Below are positions 17,925 to 27,779 of a DNA stretch of 64,000 bases, piece by piece. The stretch is taken from positions 64,001 to 128,000 of the IMG/VR virus record IMGVR_UViG_3300032163_000002. One strand, given 5' to 3'. Source of the DNA: a virus. Both the position numbers and the translations under genes were made by a program. How positions within the stretch are numbered: position 1 is the first letter of the stretch; every line of letters starts with the position of its first letter. The notes below the pieces were generated by a model. It saw only the letters and a list, made by a program, of their open reading frames with translations, had not been told where the DNA came from and searched no databases.

Positions 17925-20140
17925 TAAGCCGCTAATTTCCTCTTCCCGTTTAGAAAAAGACGCATGAGCAACTCCGGAAGTTGAGTAAAATCTTTGAGAA
18001 CTACGTAATTCCTGTAAAAATCCTCCACCGCGCTGTCGTCTCCCTCCTTGGGTGAAGAAAGCCCCACAGCGTAGACCTCCAGCCCCGGTATTCTTTCAAG
18101 CTTTTTGACTACAGCCTTCAGATGATTCGAAAGCCCTTGTTGGTCAGTCGCACCAGCCGGATACCCGTCTGACAGCACAATGAGAATTTTCCGTTTTTCA
18201 GACCGGAGAAGCAAGTGCTGTGAAAGCGTAGCGATAGATTCTCCGTCAATGTTATTACACTTAGGAACAGCATCTCCATTAGCAAACGAAGGAAACGCCA
18301 ACTTGAAAGACATGCCAAACGGTTTGAAGATTGGAAGATTTAAGGCTTCAACACGAAAATACGGATCAGGCTTTTCTGTGTAATGACATGGTGTACCCGC
18401 TCTTAAATTTCCTCCCGTAGTAAACCCATATACCGAAAACGGAATGGTCAGCTTATCGAGAAGAAAACTGAGGGCACCCGCAGCCAACATGGCATTTTGA
18501 AATTTCATTCCTGACATTGAGCCGCTGCAATCGACAATCAATTCGACGGCAATATTTTTTCTCATCCGCTTTTCAGCTCGTGTCAAGAAAGCCACGTCAA
18601 GAGCCGGAAATGGAGTTGAAAACGTCGCAAGCTGGCGCTGATTCAACCGAGGACCTTCCGAAGCCGGAACATACCGCCGAGAAAACTCCCCGAGAAGATG
18701 TCTGCCAAGATGCCCTAACGAAATAGCTGTAGCGTTCTTGCGGAAGATTTCTGTTCCTGACGCAGATGCGGGGGGAACCTGCTCAGACCTGTCCTTTTCC
18801 GTAGTAAGTACATGCCAATTACGAAGAGGGTCTCCCTCAAGATTCGGAGGAACCCTTTTCATCTTCAGGGCTTCCACAATTTTTGCAAACTTCGATGACG
18901 TGGACAGCGCCTCTTCTACCAGATTCAGAAGCTCAATAAGCACCTTAGCATCGAGCTTCTGCTCTTCGCCAGAAATGGAGTCATCTCCAAGCTCCTCTTT
19001 CTCTTCGCTACTTTTTCCAGCATTTCCAGTAGCATCACCAAAGGAGGTTTTGATTTTTCCTGTGGCATTACTCTCTCCGTCACCTTCTTCATCACCCTCT
19101 TCGTCACCTTCTTCATCACCCTCTTCGTCACCCTCCTCGTCATCCTTTTCATCAGGAGAGATCCTCTTATCCGTCTTCTCTTTTTTCTCAACCTTTTCTT
19201 TTTTCTCTTTCTTGCTCTTGGATGAATCAGAACTAGAATTACCAGCGTTCTCGTCATGCGCTTCGTCAACCTCAACGTCATCACTAGCCTTCGACTCTGA
19301 CGCCCTCTCGCTCCCTTTCTTCGGCTCCTGCTTCTCACAAGGCTGCGAGGATTTCGATTTTTCCTTCTGCGTCTTGAAGGCATCCTTTAGGAATTCAATC
19401 GTCGGGGACACAGCATATGTAATAACTGCATTTGCCGAATCGAGAGCCACAAGAGCTTCATAATTAACGAGGTTGAGAATCTCCTCTTCACGCGAAGTTG
19501 CAGCAGACACGTTATCTTTCCGCTCTGCTATGGCTTCTGTCATCCACGGAGCGCCCCGCCTAGCAAAGATCAAAGACACTAATCTAAAAAATTTCTCTGC
19601 AAATGTCTTTTCACCAACCGCTTCTTTATTACGTGACAAAACGGGATGTGTAACCTCGTCAATATAAGTTGCGTAAAAAAACCCCCGGCTTCCCTTGAAC
19701 CGCTCCACCCAGCGGCTTTCGCAACGAATATCTTCAAAGACATTGAACAGGATGAAAAGAACTTTTTCAACAATCAAACGATGCTCCGGCTTGACACCAT
19801 AAGGTGCTAACGTAGACAAAATCGTAGAAGCTTCACGCTGCGTCACAAATTTTAAGGTCTCCGTCCCTGCTTTCTGATTAAAAGTAAAAACAGTATGCGC
19901 CGCCTCGTGGTCGAGCAATCCATTAACAATATCAAGGCCAGAAATTCCCTTTGCCGCATAAACCTTTGTTACTTCCTCAAGCTGAGCGTCACTCAACGCC
20001 GGAAGAACGATGCACTTACCGTCCGTCTTCGGAATAGCGTTCTCCCGAAGAATAACCTGAAGCCCACTTCGCGCCGCCAGAACACGCGCCAGCCTGCCCA
20101 AGTAGTTTTCAGTATTAACCGGTACGTTCACGCCATCCAC
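17924..20140 (-). CDS. CobT-like protein: HExxH domain, acidic linker, vWA domain
   Basis: DHEAAH, FNVFEDIR, DCSGSM MIDAS, LSDGYP. Confidence 0.85.
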   Translation of the reverse strand: MDGVNVPVNTENYLGRLARVLAARSGLQVILRENAIPKTDGKCIVLPALSDAQLEEVTKVYAAKGISGLDIVNGLLDHEAAHTVFTFNQKAGTETLKFVTQREASTILSTLAPYGVKPEHRLIVEKVLFILFNVFEDIRCESRWVERFKGSRGFFYATYIDEVTHPVLSRNKEAVGEKTFAEKFFRLVSLIFARRGAPWMTEAIAERKDNVSAATSREEEILNLVNYEALVALDSANAVITYAVSPTIEFLKDAFKTQKEKSKSSQPCEKQEPKKGSERASESKASDDVEVDEAHDENAGNSSSDSSKSKKEKKEKVEKKEKTDKRISPDEKDDEEGDEEGDEEGDEEGDEEGDGESNATGKIKTSFGDATGNAGKSSEEKEELGDDSISGEEQKLDAKVLIELLNLVEEALSTSSKFAKIVEALKMKRVPPNLEGDPLRNWHVLTTEKDRSEQVPPASASGTEIFRKNATAISLGHLGRHLLGEFSRRYVPASEGPRLNQRQLATFSTPFPALDVAFLTRAEKRMRKNIAVELIVDCSGSMSGMKFQNAMLAAGALSFLLDKLTIPFSVYGFTTGGNLRAGTPCHYTEKPDPYFRVEALNLPIFKPFGMSFKLAFPSFANGDAVPKCNNIDGESIATLSQHLLLRSEKRKILIVLSDGYPAGATDQQGLSNHLKAVVKKLERIPGLEVYAVGLSSPKEGDDSAVEDFYRNYVVLKDFTQLPELLMRLFLNGKRKLAA
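19080..19139. repeat. 5 x 12-bp tandem repeat encoding (EEGD)n
   Basis: tcaccYtcYtcR units. Confidence 0.85.
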
Positions 20141-21109
20141 CTACAAATTGATCTCATTCCGCTTCGCCAGATCGCAGACAATATTCCGCTCGTTCTGCGG
20201 CACGGCAGCGAGGAAGGAAAGCTTCACAGCACGCGAAAGCGAACCAAGAAAAATAGTGGCTTCGATTATGTTGTGAAGCATCCGCGTACTGAATGGAATG
20301 GTGAGTTCCATGCTACCGTCAAATGCCTTCCGATATTGCTGAAGGAAAGAAAAGATAGGCTCGATAGCTTTGAGCGGCAGGTCAAGATATTTTTTCGTGA
20401 TGATCTCACGCTCACGACTGATCTCGTTGTAGCCAACCTCGACGCGGTACGCGAAGCGGTTGAGTGAAGCGAAATTCTGTTGCTGCGTGCCAGCGTACAG
20501 GCCACGCGGGTCCGGGTTCACACCATCCGTGTTCCCCGTCGCCACACAGCGCCACTCTTTATTCGGACGAACGAATTCACTCGTCTCCGGAATATGGAGT
20601 GCGGGTGCATCCGACTCAAGAATCGGGTTAAGGAGCACGGTCGCGGCAGGCGAGCCCGTATCAAATTCGTCCAACAGATAGGTTGCCGGGCGCAAGACAC
20701 TCAGAGCGAGCGATCCGCGCCTGAACTGGAAAATGAGATGCTGCTTGCTTTCATCGGCGACAGCCGTATACGACCCGACGAGTTCGCTTCTAGCAATATG
20801 CTCGTCGAGATTCTGTCTCACGAGTTCTTTCGATCGTCTCGCACAAAACTGCACGACATGCGCCGTCTTGCCAGTGCCCGTATGCCCGTAGAGATACGTG
20901 TGCTTTCCCAGCACCTCTCCGAGAATGAGCGCCTCAAGAACCTGCGGCTGAAACATGAAAGCCGGGTCTACCTTCGGAACAAGTACCCGGTGGGGCTCGT
21001 CTTCGGAATGAGTGTAAACCCACAGCGAGAGATTACGAACCGACGAACTTAGCTCCGTAACCTCCGGAAAGAGTTCCGAGACTTTACGTGCGGTTTTCGT
21101 AATCGCCAT
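20141..21109 (-). CDS. CobS/MoxR-like AAA+ ATPase
   Basis: GHTGTGKT, LLDEFD, ATGNT, NFASLNRF, STR sensor. Confidence 0.9.
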   Translation of the reverse strand: MAITKTARKVSELFPEVTELSSSVRNLSLWVYTHSEDEPHRVLVPKVDPAFMFQPQVLEALILGEVLGKHTYLYGHTGTGKTAHVVQFCARRSKELVRQNLDEHIARSELVGSYTAVADESKQHLIFQFRRGSLALSVLRPATYLLDEFDTGSPAATVLLNPILESDAPALHIPETSEFVRPNKEWRCVATGNTDGVNPDPRGLYAGTQQQNFASLNRFAYRVEVGYNEISREREIITKKYLDLPLKAIEPIFSFLQQYRKAFDGSMELTIPFSTRMLHNIIEATIFLGSLSRAVKLSFLAAVPQNERNIVCDLAKRNEINL

Positions 21110-21134
21110 TTCCCGTTAGCCTCCTGACCCTTAT

Positions 21135-21163
21135 AACTTACACCTGTAAGTTAAAAAAGTCAA
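21135..21163 (-). promoter_or_regulatory. promoter TTGACT-N17-TAAGTT with perfect AACTTAC-N4-GTAAGTT palindrome
   Basis: aacttacacctgtaagttaaaaaagtcaa; SD AGGAGG downstream. Confidence 0.88.
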
Positions 21164-21172
21164 GGGGTATTT

Positions 21173-22126
21173 TCAGATACGGTATCTATTAGCGTTTTCA
21201 ATGACTTCCGTAATCTCTTCATCAGGGGCCTCACCCGGATCTTTCGACCGAAGAAGGGTCGCAACGTAAACCTCCGGTATATGCGCAACGAGCCGCCCAG
21301 CCAGAAATTTAGCCGCCAGAGACGCATCAGCATCGAGCAGCACTGTCATTTTCGTGATGCCTTTCGCTCTCATCGTGAGCAGCACAGCGATCTGCTGAGC
21401 CGTCGGATTTTTCCCGAGCAGCGCTACGAAATTAGGACCGTGTCGCATGGCATCAAAGACACCTTCGACGACAACGATCTCCGAAAAATACTGCGCCTTG
21501 TCGAGCCCGAAGATATGATTTTTAATGGATTCGACTTCGTTCGAAGAAGACAGGATCTTGAGAAACTGTTCCCCCGTCAGATCCCTTGCGACCCATCCGA
21601 CAAGCCGAGAATCCACTGCGCGAACCGGAACAATCACACGCCCTCTAAGCTGCCCGATAGTAGCGAAGCCAATCTCGTAAGCGTGAGCGGTAATAACAGA
21701 GACCCCACGCGAATCAAGATACGCAAGCGCCTTTTTCCGTGCTTCTTCATAACCGGGAGCTTCAAGCCAAACTGGAAGATACCCTGCCGGAAGCGGCTGA
21801 ATCTTCGGTGTCTTCGCCAGTACAGGCATTGACAGGTGGAGGAGGCTCGCACCAGCCTCCCCTTCACCATCGAAGATCACGTAGTCATGCAGTTTCAGAT
21901 CGGGTCTGCTGGCGAGTGCTTTTCGCGCAAAACGGACAAACCCGCCGTGCTCGTCGCATCGAAAGCAGATCCACATGCCAGTTTTGATGTTGATGTAAGC
22001 GTGCTTTTTCGCTTTTCGGTCATCATGGAAGGGACACGGAACATTAAACTCTTTTCCATTTCCAGATAGGCTAGACCGTCCGGGATAGACATCTCGAATG
22101 AATTCTTTTACGTGAATACTTGACAT
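21173..22126 (-). CDS. dnaG: DNA primase (CHC2 zinc finger plus TOPRIM)
   Basis: CPFHDD...CFRC, YL..RG, VEGVFDA, DAD. Confidence 0.9.
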   Translation of the reverse strand: MSSIHVKEFIRDVYPGRSSLSGNGKEFNVPCPFHDDRKAKKHAYINIKTGMWICFRCDEHGGFVRFARKALASRPDLKLHDYVIFDGEGEAGASLLHLSMPVLAKTPKIQPLPAGYLPVWLEAPGYEEARKKALAYLDSRGVSVITAHAYEIGFATIGQLRGRVIVPVRAVDSRLVGWVARDLTGEQFLKILSSSNEVESIKNHIFGLDKAQYFSEIVVVEGVFDAMRHGPNFVALLGKNPTAQQIAVLLTMRAKGITKMTVLLDADASLAAKFLAGRLVAHIPEVYVATLLRSKDPGEAPDEEITEVIENANRYRI

Positions 22127-22129
22127 TTT

Positions 22130-23518
22130 CTATGTTCCTGTTGAGGGTAATGTTTCAATTTCTTCTTCGAGTGTACCAATCTTGTTTAGAATTTCAGGAG
22201 CACTGACTTCACGAGTAGAAAAGATTCCGGGTTTTGCAAACACACAAATGGAGTAATCTTGATCAAAAGAAATTTCTTGATATGGTTTTCCAGAACGGTT
22301 TTTTGCGACGAAGATTCTAGCTTTATTTTGCTGGGATTCTTCAAGTGTTTGACAGATACCAAAAATGTGATCAGAAATCCAAGCTTTACTGATGTCTTCT
22401 GAAATATCTGCAAGCCCAACAATCTTTTTACCGATGGCGTCACGTTTGGCCTGAGTTGCGGTAATAACGGATATTTTATGATCTTTTGCAATTTTGTGTA
22501 GCATGGTATAGATTGAGTTTAATTCAAAACGACGGTCTTTGTAAGTATGTGAAGGTTTCATCAGATCCGCGTAATCGACTATGACGGTATCCGGAGCAAA
22601 CCCCGAATCCTGCTTCAATGTGTCGATCAGGCCAGAAAGCTGTTCAGGTGTCAAGGTCATTTCAGAATAGCCAACAATCCTGAGGGCATCTCCATATTTT
22701 GAAAATTGCGTTTGCATCCGTCGCTGCACTTCTCCTGTCATGTCTGTGAGTCGGTCGAATGGAATACCAGAAAAAGAGGAATCGAAACGGTCAGATACGG
22801 CATCCGGTTCTAATTCAAGGGTCACATAAAGAGCCTTAAAACCATAAAGTACAGCCTGCCGCGAGCAATGAACTAAAGCCTGCGATTTTCCTATTCCTGT
22901 TGCTCCAACAAAAACAGTCAACGTACTTGGGCTTATCCCCCCTCGGAGATAACTGTCAAGATTTCCTATCGCACAAGGTATACGCCGGTTGTAGATACTC
23001 GTTAAATCAAGACGCCGATCTGAACGCTTTTCCACAACTTCAGGAAGAAAGAAATCTACAGTACCAAAATCCCGGTCCACAGCAACCATGTTCGCTGCGG
23101 TGATCTCCTTTAGAATATCATCAAAATTGTTTCGTTCGAGGGCTTTTTCTGACTCGGCCAATGCATCCGAAAATGCTCGATGCCGAATATAGACCCGCAA
23201 ATGATCCACATAAAACGGTAAATCTACAAGCGGAGCATCCAGAAGATCCTCGAAGGTTTTCGCATATACGTTCCGTTGTTCTTCTGTGAGCGCAGGATCG
23301 GTAGCGAAGAAATCTACCATGACTTCGAAGCTCGGTGCATGCCCGTAAGTCTTAACATATTCAGCTATGAAATTTGCAATCGCGTTATAATAAGTATCCG
23401 ACCAGAAATCCGGCGTCAGAAGAGGCCAGAATTTCCGATAGAATCCTTCGTCAAAAAATACAGCCGCCAACAAGACACGAAGTGCCTGTGGGCTAAGCTC
23501 GACAAACGTAGCGGGCAT
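22130..23518 (-). CDS. dnaB: DnaB-like replicative helicase
   Basis: GATGIGKS, TLE, IVDYADLM, TATQ, AKNR. Confidence 0.92.
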   Translation of the reverse strand: MPATFVELSPQALRVLLAAVFFDEGFYRKFWPLLTPDFWSDTYYNAIANFIAEYVKTYGHAPSFEVMVDFFATDPALTEEQRNVYAKTFEDLLDAPLVDLPFYVDHLRVYIRHRAFSDALAESEKALERNNFDDILKEITAANMVAVDRDFGTVDFFLPEVVEKRSDRRLDLTSIYNRRIPCAIGNLDSYLRGGISPSTLTVFVGATGIGKSQALVHCSRQAVLYGFKALYVTLELEPDAVSDRFDSSFSGIPFDRLTDMTGEVQRRMQTQFSKYGDALRIVGYSEMTLTPEQLSGLIDTLKQDSGFAPDTVIVDYADLMKPSHTYKDRRFELNSIYTMLHKIAKDHKISVITATQAKRDAIGKKIVGLADISEDISKAWISDHIFGICQTLEESQQNKARIFVAKNRSGKPYQEISFDQDYSICVFAKPGIFSTREVSAPEILNKIGTLEEEIETLPSTGT

Positions 23519-23892
23519 TAGCCGCCAAGCTCTAGTACCGGGATTCCTTTCGTTCGAGCACGTTCCACCATATCCGCTGTACCTCTACCCCCCGGAAAAG
23601 CCAGCAAAACATCTGGATGCCAGTGTTCGAGAAGTCGCTCATTACGAAGTGGTCCAGCCGCTTTTCCTTCAGTTTTCCAGTCTGCATTTTCAACCGCTAC
23701 GCTAAACCCAAAAAATCGTTTTGCTAAAAATTCAGCTAATGCGTCCGCTCCTTGCGCTCCACCAGTTACAACTGTCACCTTGGGGACGTAAGAATAACGG
23801 TCCAATGCATTGAAAACACCGTCTTCATTGTTGTAATTACGCCCACCACAAACAGCGACAACCAAACCACGGCCATTCAAGCGTCCGTCCAT
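23518..23892 (-). CDS. SLOG/YspA (DUF2493) family protein
   Basis: VCGGRNY, GGAQGAD, ADW...GKAAGPLRN, FPGGRGTADM. Confidence 0.88.
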   Translation of the reverse strand: MDGRLNGRGLVVAVCGGRNYNNEDGVFNALDRYSYVPKVTVVTGGAQGADALAEFLAKRFFGFSVAVENADWKTEGKAAGPLRNERLLEHWHPDVLLAFPGGRGTADMVERARTKGIPVLELGG

Positions 23893-23908
23893 TTTATTCC
23901 TCTTTCAG

Positions 23909-24556
23909 TTATTGAAGGTAATCGGCTAAGACGGCAGACATTGCCGGATCACTGCTAAGCGTCGGGGCTAACTGCCTGAACTCCGGAAGAGACCAGACAT
24001 AGTCACGAGGAAGAAGCCTGACTAAGAACGGATCTAAAAGAACATCCGATATCGTCTTCATATCTACACGCGATACCATGATGTTTTTGAGCGTAGCCTC
24101 ACCAGATTTCAAAATATTCTCCGGACACCGCGCGCCCTGAGACATTTGCACCCGACGGAGCCACGCTTTATACCGAGATACGCACCCAGCGTTGACACCT
24201 AAATACCGCCACGTCGGATAAGTCGTGGCGTAAGGTGTTGGCTTAACCCACTCGACAAATTGTGCTTGTAGAAAATGAAAAACGCTAATGTGCTTTTCCC
24301 CGCAGAACCGAAGAATAGCACAAATCGGTTTCCAAAGCTTTAGATTTTCAGCATGAATTCCATTACGCAACACACCCCGGTAATAAGTCGTAACAGAATG
24401 TTGTTGCACAAGTTTTTCATAAAATTGAAGGGCTTGAATAACCTGCATCCGGTTGAGACCTTCCGGATTTCGTAAATGAACCGAGGTCTCATACGCTAGT
24501 TTTCTCCGCTTTATTGTTGGGCCAGAGGAATTCTTGGTCTTCCCCGTCGTCATCAT
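23909..24556 (-). CDS. hypothetical protein
   Basis: ORF in the replication operon; start reassigned to an ATG with GGAG RBS. Confidence 0.65.
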   Translation of the reverse strand: MMTTGKTKNSSGPTIKRRKLAYETSVHLRNPEGLNRMQVIQALQFYEKLVQQHSVTTYYRGVLRNGIHAENLKLWKPICAILRFCGEKHISVFHFLQAQFVEWVKPTPYATTYPTWRYLGVNAGCVSRYKAWLRRVQMSQGARCPENILKSGEATLKNIMVSRVDMKTISDVLLDPFLVRLLPRDYVWSLPEFRQLAPTLSSDPAMSAVLADYLQ

Positions 24557-26093
24557 CGTATTGCTCCAACGATGCCGTAACAGGTTGCTGCTGTGCGACA
24601 CCGCTCTCGTACACGGAAATGGTTGAGAAAATCTTCTCGTCTTCGTAAACCTTCAATCGCGCCTTGAAATGTTTGAGCAAATAAGGATTCGTCAAATCAA
24701 GAAAATCTATGACCTCAAGCGAATGCCCTCCTTCCTTGATACGAAGTCCGCGCCCGATCCGCTGCATCACCCGCACAAAGCTTTTTGTTGGAGCCGCAAG
24801 AATGACCACATCAAGATCAGGAACATCGGTGCCTTCATCAAAAATAACCGTGGAGACAAGAATTGAAAGCGCCCCGCTTCGAAGATCAGCTACGGCCTTG
24901 TTGACAATACTCCGGTAAGACACGGAAGCCATATCTTTTCGTGCAATGAAAATGGCAGGGGGGAGAGTCGGATCACCTTTTTTCAAAGCTACATATTCAG
25001 CTTCAAGATTCCGAACCAATTTAACGCTAAAGCCCCCGACGACCAGAACCCGCTTTCCAGTCTTCGCCCGCTCCACAGCAAGCTCCATGATCCTTCGGGA
25101 CCGGCCTTCATTGCCAATGATCAGGTAGTTCAGGGCCTCCCGCCAGTTGTAATGACTGCACCCTGCGGGCTCTGAGACCTCGTAGACGATCAACCCAGCC
25201 TGTGCCAGCTTACCTTGCCTCTGAAGCCGTTCAGGCGGAACATCGACCAACAGGGGGCCTGTGCAGCCCATCAGGACCAGATCCGTCTCCTCATCCTTCG
25301 TGAAGGGGGTGCCGGACATGCCGACTCTAACCTGAGCCGGACAAGCGTCGAGAATCGCCCTGAAGGTGCGATCACCCTTTCCAACCCGATGGGCTTCGTC
25401 AGCTATCACAACGCGACTCTCCCGTAGAAGAGACAAAACGTAGGGGTCTCTAACGTAGAGCCGGGAAGCCAGCGTGTCAATGCTCCCGATGAGAAACTTC
25501 CCCGGTTTGTTGGTCTCGGCCATGATGATGCCAACACGCTCAGATCCGAGAAACTCGCAGAATCGTTCGTAGGTTTGGTCCACAAGCTGTTGTCCATGAA
25601 CGAGTACAAGGGTCGGGACATCGAAAGCATGAGCTATCATCGCTCCCACAAGGGTCTTACCGCCCCCGGTCGCAATCCGAAGAACGCCACGCTGATCACC
25701 GGGGTAGTTGGCCCGGAGAACCCTCTTGACAGCGTCTACCTGATAGTCCCACGGAGTCAGTGACCCGAACGGCCCGGTAATGGGGTTGACGACGGGTAAG
25801 AACTCAAAACCTTCCGGCATGAAAAGTTCGACCGGAAATCCTGCTTTCGTGAGAGCTTCCGTAACTAAAGACAAAACACCTGAAGGAAATGCCCCTCCTG
25901 TACTTAACAGATGAAGCTTTCCATCCCAACGTTTCTGCTTATAAGCTGTTGTCCAGAAATAACCTTTCTTGTAGCAGGAGGTTACTTCGTCAACAATATT
26001 ACGGGGATATCGGCTTAGAAACCTCGCGCGCTGCGCCCCAACCAGAATGTTCATTTTTGTTCCAAGCGGAAGAGGAAGCTGCACAGCAGGCAT
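24489..26093 (-). CDS. superfamily 2 DNA helicase (UvsW/XPB-like)
   Basis: YQ, ATGGGKT, DEAH, SGTP, EGTDVP, QRIGRGLR. Confidence 0.92.
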   Translation of the reverse strand: MPAVQLPLPLGTKMNILVGAQRARFLSRYPRNIVDEVTSCYKKGYFWTTAYKQKRWDGKLHLLSTGGAFPSGVLSLVTEALTKAGFPVELFMPEGFEFLPVVNPITGPFGSLTPWDYQVDAVKRVLRANYPGDQRGVLRIATGGGKTLVGAMIAHAFDVPTLVLVHGQQLVDQTYERFCEFLGSERVGIIMAETNKPGKFLIGSIDTLASRLYVRDPYVLSLLRESRVVIADEAHRVGKGDRTFRAILDACPAQVRVGMSGTPFTKDEETDLVLMGCTGPLLVDVPPERLQRQGKLAQAGLIVYEVSEPAGCSHYNWREALNYLIIGNEGRSRRIMELAVERAKTGKRVLVVGGFSVKLVRNLEAEYVALKKGDPTLPPAIFIARKDMASVSYRSIVNKAVADLRSGALSILVSTVIFDEGTDVPDLDVVILAAPTKSFVRVMQRIGRGLRIKEGGHSLEVIDFLDLTNPYLLKHFKARLKVYEDEKIFSTISVYESGVAQQQPVTASLEQYDDDDGEDQEFLWPNNKAEKTSV

Positions 26094-26099
26094 GGTTAA

Positions 26100-26128
26100 A
26101 ACTTACACCCGTAAGAGAAAAAAGTCAA
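26100..26128 (-). promoter_or_regulatory. promoter TTGACT-N17-TAAGTT with CTTAC-N4-GTAAG; leaderless start at 26093
   Basis: aacttacacccgtaagagaaaaaagtcaa. Confidence 0.85.
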
Positions 26129-26137
26129 GAGATACCC

Positions 26138-26166
26138 TTGACAGTCAAACGTATTGAACCTAAGTT
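26138..26166 (+). promoter_or_regulatory. divergent promoter TTGACA-N17-TAAGTT without palindrome
   Basis: ttgaca gtcaaacgtattgaacc taagtt. Confidence 0.75.
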
Positions 26167-26172
26167 ACAGGC

Positions 26173-26245
26173 TGCTGCTGTGCTCGCTGGGCCGAACACC
26201 CTGCGCGTACGTTTCGCCCCCGGTGTCCACCGGGGGCGTTCTTTT
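26173..26245 (+). ncRNA. candidate ~75-nt two-hairpin small RNA
   Basis: bounded by a consensus promoter and a GC-rich terminator; internal hairpin with CCGAACA loop; no credible ORF. Confidence 0.6.
26215..26245 (+). terminator. intrinsic terminator
   Basis: CGCCCCCGGTG-TC-CACCGGGGGCG followed by TTCTTTT on the plus strand only. Confidence 0.8.
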
Positions 26246-26249
26246 CTCC

Positions 26250-26810
26250 TCATGCCGTCTCCGACGACGAAACCACAGCTTCATCCAGAATCACTTCAAT
26301 TCCATAAACCTTACGAAAAAATTTCTCTATGTAAATCGAGTAAGGTAATCCAGATTCAAGAACGGCTCCAGCAGCATCCTGTGTCAGTAAAAGCTTTCCA
26401 TCATCACGCTGAAGAAGCTCGAAAAGGTTCAAGTCTTCGATATAAACAAGAAAGCTGGGGTGCTTTCCCTGTGTATGGACGATCCCTTCATTCATTTCCT
26501 TTGCAGCTTCTACCCGTTCCTCCACTGTTTTCATTTTTCGAATCTCAGCTAATGCTTTGTCATGTTCAGCATAACCGTCAGCATATACGGAATGCATTTC
26601 CCGACTAAGGACATTCGTTGCGTAAAGTGCTCCGAACATGCCTTCACTTCGATGCGACAGAACTTTTACGAGTCCAAGCACTTTTTCCATCTGCTCTACA
26701 ATGAGTTTCTGGTTAGCCTCAACTCTGGCAAGCCGTTTTTCAAATTCCTCTTTACGCTTTTCAGATTCCTCTTTTTCATCAGTAATAAGTTCGCGCTTAC
26801 GAATCGGCAC
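26250..26810 (-). CDS. hypothetical protein
   Basis: 186-aa ORF; GTG overlaps the upstream TAG. Confidence 0.7.
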   Translation of the reverse strand: MPIRKRELITDEKEESEKRKEEFEKRLARVEANQKLIVEQMEKVLGLVKVLSHRSEGMFGALYATNVLSREMHSVYADGYAEHDKALAEIRKMKTVEERVEAAKEMNEGIVHTQGKHPSFLVYIEDLNLFELLQRDDGKLLLTQDAAGAVLESGLPYSIYIEKFFRKVYGIEVILDEAVVSSSETA

Positions 26811-27238
26811 TAAGCACCTCCATAAATAATTCCAACTTCACGTTCAGCCAATGTTCGCCATTTTCGAGCATCATTAGAATCAAAAGAGTTCAAACACTTA
26901 ATACGATTATGTTCCAACCCATAATTATACCAGTCAGACACCCTTTCCTCTTGTTTACACAAAATAACCCACGGTAGAGAATGAGAATAAGGTAATGCAG
27001 AAGACGCAAATCGAGTCAAGAACTGCTTCCGACTTTGCTTAAAAAACTTTCCCCCCTCTGGAAATACAACAGGCGGGCTACCCTCAACCGTAATAACAAA
27101 TTGATCATCCACATAAACCACAAACAACCAAAATGAATACATCTCGTGAAAACTATCACCGACTTTCGGGTTTTGCAGCGCATCAAGCGTCAACGTGATA
27201 AGTTCGTTCCAAGATATTTCTTTACCCTCTAATTCCAT
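26810..27238 (-). CDS. hypothetical protein
   Basis: 142-aa ORF with RBS GGAGG. Confidence 0.7.
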   Translation of the reverse strand: MELEGKEISWNELITLTLDALQNPKVGDSFHEMYSFWLFVVYVDDQFVITVEGSPPVVFPEGGKFFKQSRKQFLTRFASSALPYSHSLPWVILCKQEERVSDWYNYGLEHNRIKCLNSFDSNDARKWRTLAEREVGIIYGGA

Positions 27239-27283
27239 GACGTTATCATTCCTCCCACACTAAACCTGTAAGAGATAATCCTT

Positions 27284-27772
27284 TCACGAGCTATCTTTGT
27301 TAAGCGCCTTGAATCGTGTCAGCGTCTTTAATTTATGCTGTATCGGGCGTAACCCCTCACGAAGACGACGCCGATTGATCGCAGCACAAATTGACAAGTA
27401 ATTTGCTGTGTGACAAGACTCACACCGACAACCTCGTTGATACCGCGCGCAAGTCCCATGCTGAGACAGTGCCCGTTTTATTCCAGCTTCTGTTACACGC
27501 AACCGACTAACATGAGCAATACGTCTGACTGCTACTCCAGTTATAGGCTCATTTTTTTCACGCAACAATTTCATGGCATTTTCAAAGCGCTTGTTTCGAG
27601 CATATTGAGAAGCATGAAAGCGAGCAAGAACAGCCTGCTCCTCCTGTCCAGCCCGTGTAACGATTTGTCGAACCCGCTCACGACTTATTTCAAATTGACG
27701 GCCTATCGCAGAAAGCGGTGCGCCTTTCAAAGCCAATTCAATAATCAGCATTTCACGAGTCTTGTTAACCAT
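27284..27772 (-). CDS. sigma70 region-4-like HTH protein with C-terminal Cys/His zinc motif
   Basis: LSAIGRQFEISRERVRQI; HGT..RY..GCRC..C. Confidence 0.75.
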   Translation of the reverse strand: MVNKTREMLIIELALKGAPLSAIGRQFEISRERVRQIVTRAGQEEQAVLARFHASQYARNKRFENAMKLLREKNEPITGVAVRRIAHVSRLRVTEAGIKRALSQHGTCARYQRGCRCESCHTANYLSICAAINRRRLREGLRPIQHKLKTLTRFKALNKDSS

Positions 27773-27779
27773 ACTTCAT

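Noticed and set aside
25889-26608. Long antisense or shadow ORFs (e.g. 25889..26608+, 1807..2295+, 18738..19463+, 59812..60417+)
   Set aside because: They overlap well-supported genes on the other strand, lack motifs, and partly arise from stop-free repeats
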